DNA of 61,963 bases, the filler included, from Hausera hauseri (taxonomy: Eukaryota): NCBI GenBank assembly GCA_046269625.1. It is 11 parts of 11 records of this genome, joined end to end, with 100 filler letters (N's around TTAATTAATTAA, not from the genome) between each part and the next. Parts side by side here need not be neighbours in the genome. Positions count along the whole stretch, not along the records: positions 54,803 to 61,963 come from JBJURY010034113.1; 10 more parts are not named here. One strand, given 5' to 3'. Positions 60,631 through 61,963 of the stretch are shown in pieces. The notes below the pieces were generated by a model. The model worked only from the letters and a program-made list of their open reading frames with translations. It was not told the DNA's origin and did not search any database. Each line of letters starts with the position of its first letter. Position 1 is the stretch's first letter. The translations under genes were made by a program, and so were the position numbers.

Positions 60631-60970
60631 ATAGATGTTTTTATTTTAGATCAAACTTTCATAATATGGAAGATTTCAATTTACTGTGACCTTTGAGTCC
60701 TCTGAGATGGCAAAGAAATTTGATTTTAAAAATACAGAGTACAAAGGTAAAAATATTAAAAGTGAATATGCAGTTGATTCAAGATTAAGTCCCGTATATT
60801 ACTAGACAACGATGAAATTTACCTATACAGCAGAAAGGGTGTCAACGTTATACGTATCGATTGGATACAATGTCTACTGCGAATCTGTAGCACATCTCCG
60901 TCAACACTTTTCTTCAAATAAAAAGTACAAGGTAATATTTAAAGTTTTCGAGTAAGATGCAAATGGGTAC

Positions 60971-61390
60971 ATGAAACTTGAACTGGCTAAGGATATTGTC
61001 GACATTTCATTAGACAAAGCTTTGGCCATGGTATTGGGTTTTGAAAAACAGCGGTTTGAGGCATCGACGGCGGCGGCACATGTTGCAACACTTAAACCCA
61101 AACTGAAAACTGGACTAAGTCAAATGCACATTTACGTGAACGTCACGGAACCGATTTTGGTCGGTGGAATACTTGTATCGCTACTCCGTGCAATTTATCC
61201 GGAAAGTAGCAAGTATACTGTTGGCGACAATGCCACTGTCAAATTCGATAATGCAATGTACCTACCTGTATCATCTACATCTATAAACAATTTCAAAGCG
61301 AATATCCGATGTGATGCTGGCTACTTTATTGAATTTCCGTACGGTACCACAACCAGTATAACTCCATTTCCGTCGAATCCAACAACAACA
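60971..61390 (+). pseudogene. Polinton minor capsid protein (penton) C-terminal part
   Basis: LAMVLGF, MHIYVNVTEPILVGGILVSLLRAI, FDNAMYLPV, IRCDAGYFIEF. Confidence 0.85.
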
Positions 61391-61407
61391 TCATTAATTC
61401 CGAAATC

Positions 61408-61746
61408 GTGTCCATTTACAGTAAACCCCAGCAGGGTGGGGAACTGCCGTATTTCATTGGTAAACAGTATGGTTCTGGATGGTTGCGTACAATGACACGT
61501 TTGGCATTTCCGGTGTTGAAGGGTATTGGAGCCATTGCAGCAAAAACAGAACAGGACGTACTATATGAAAACAAATCGATTTTACCATCATCGAAGGAAC
61601 ACGCCTTATCAGAAATAAAAAGCACTGCACCGGGAGTCATTGAATTAGTCAAAAATCAATTCCCTGGCAGTGGCTTGAGTAAACGCCGTAGAGCATCATC
61701 GAGCTCATCAACTATATACAAACGTCCGTCGTCGTACGATTTCTGA
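61408..61746 (+). CDS. Polinton conserved core/virion protein (QxGG and QxGxG motifs)
   Basis: QQGGELPYFIGKQYGSGWLRTMTRLAFPVLK...GSGLSKRRR, between the penton and the major capsid gene. Confidence 0.75.
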   Translation: MSIYSKPQQGGELPYFIGKQYGSGWLRTMTRLAFPVLKGIGAIAAKTEQDVLYENKSILPSSKEHALSEIKSTAPGVIELVKNQFPGSGLSKRRRASSSSSTIYKRPSSYDF

Positions 61747-61757
61747 TTGACAGACAA

Positions 61758-61963
61758 ATGGCATCTGCAAAATCTTAATTGTGTATATTTGACAAAGGCG
61801 CACCACAAGTTTTTATTGGCAATGCGGCATTCGAAGAAATCTACCTCGTTGATTCGGTTTCAACGGACAATAACATTGACATTCAGTTCAACATTATGGC
61901 ATCGGACAATGAATACCTGGATTTAAACGATACGCTACTCTATGTAAAAGTCATTGTTAAAAA
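61758..61963 (+). pseudogene. Polinton major capsid protein N-terminus, cut by the window end
   Basis: MASAKS*LCIFDKGAPQ...IQFNIMASDNEYLDLNDTLLYVKV (cf. KSELDLF..PTQ...IEF...YLDL..T.LYV). Confidence 0.85.

Larger units (their letters stand above)
54803..61963. mobile_element. Decayed Polinton/Maverick (adintovirus-like) endogenous viral element, both ends missing
   Basis: Protein-primed-type PolB, packaging ATPase, minor and major capsid genes and GG-motif virion proteins in one 7-kb contig. Confidence 0.93.

Overview
This window is not one locus. It is 11 unrelated eukaryotic contigs joined by artificial 100-nt spacers (N44-TTAATTAATTAA-N44), so adjacency across spacers means nothing. Most contigs look like AT-rich, transposon-rich invertebrate DNA; 40899-45173 looks teleost. 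Contents: decayed Gypsy LTR elements; maT/mariner and hAT-like relics; broken host-gene fragments (Nav channel domain IV, NBAS, EFR3, outer-arm dynein heavy chain, AN1 zinc finger); an uninterrupted KSR-like kinase ORF; and a (TTCG)n satellite. Four items stand out. (1) An intact Tx1-clade (Keno-like) non-LTR retrotransposon sits in a tandem U2 snRNA array, and its 3' UTR holds three decayed copies of its own U2 target. (2) A decayed Polinton/adintovirus-like element (PolB, ATPase, capsids, dUTPase) carries a TATA-binding-protein-like gene, TATA-type motifs shared by its genes, and an IAP-like UBA-RING gene; related genes recur on a second contig. (3) A NeSL/Utopia-like retroelement has two Ulp1 protease domains. 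(4) An intronless teleost tp53 3' fragment lies near telomere-like repeats. All family assignments come from recognising motifs by eye; no database searches were run, and many boundaries are approximate.
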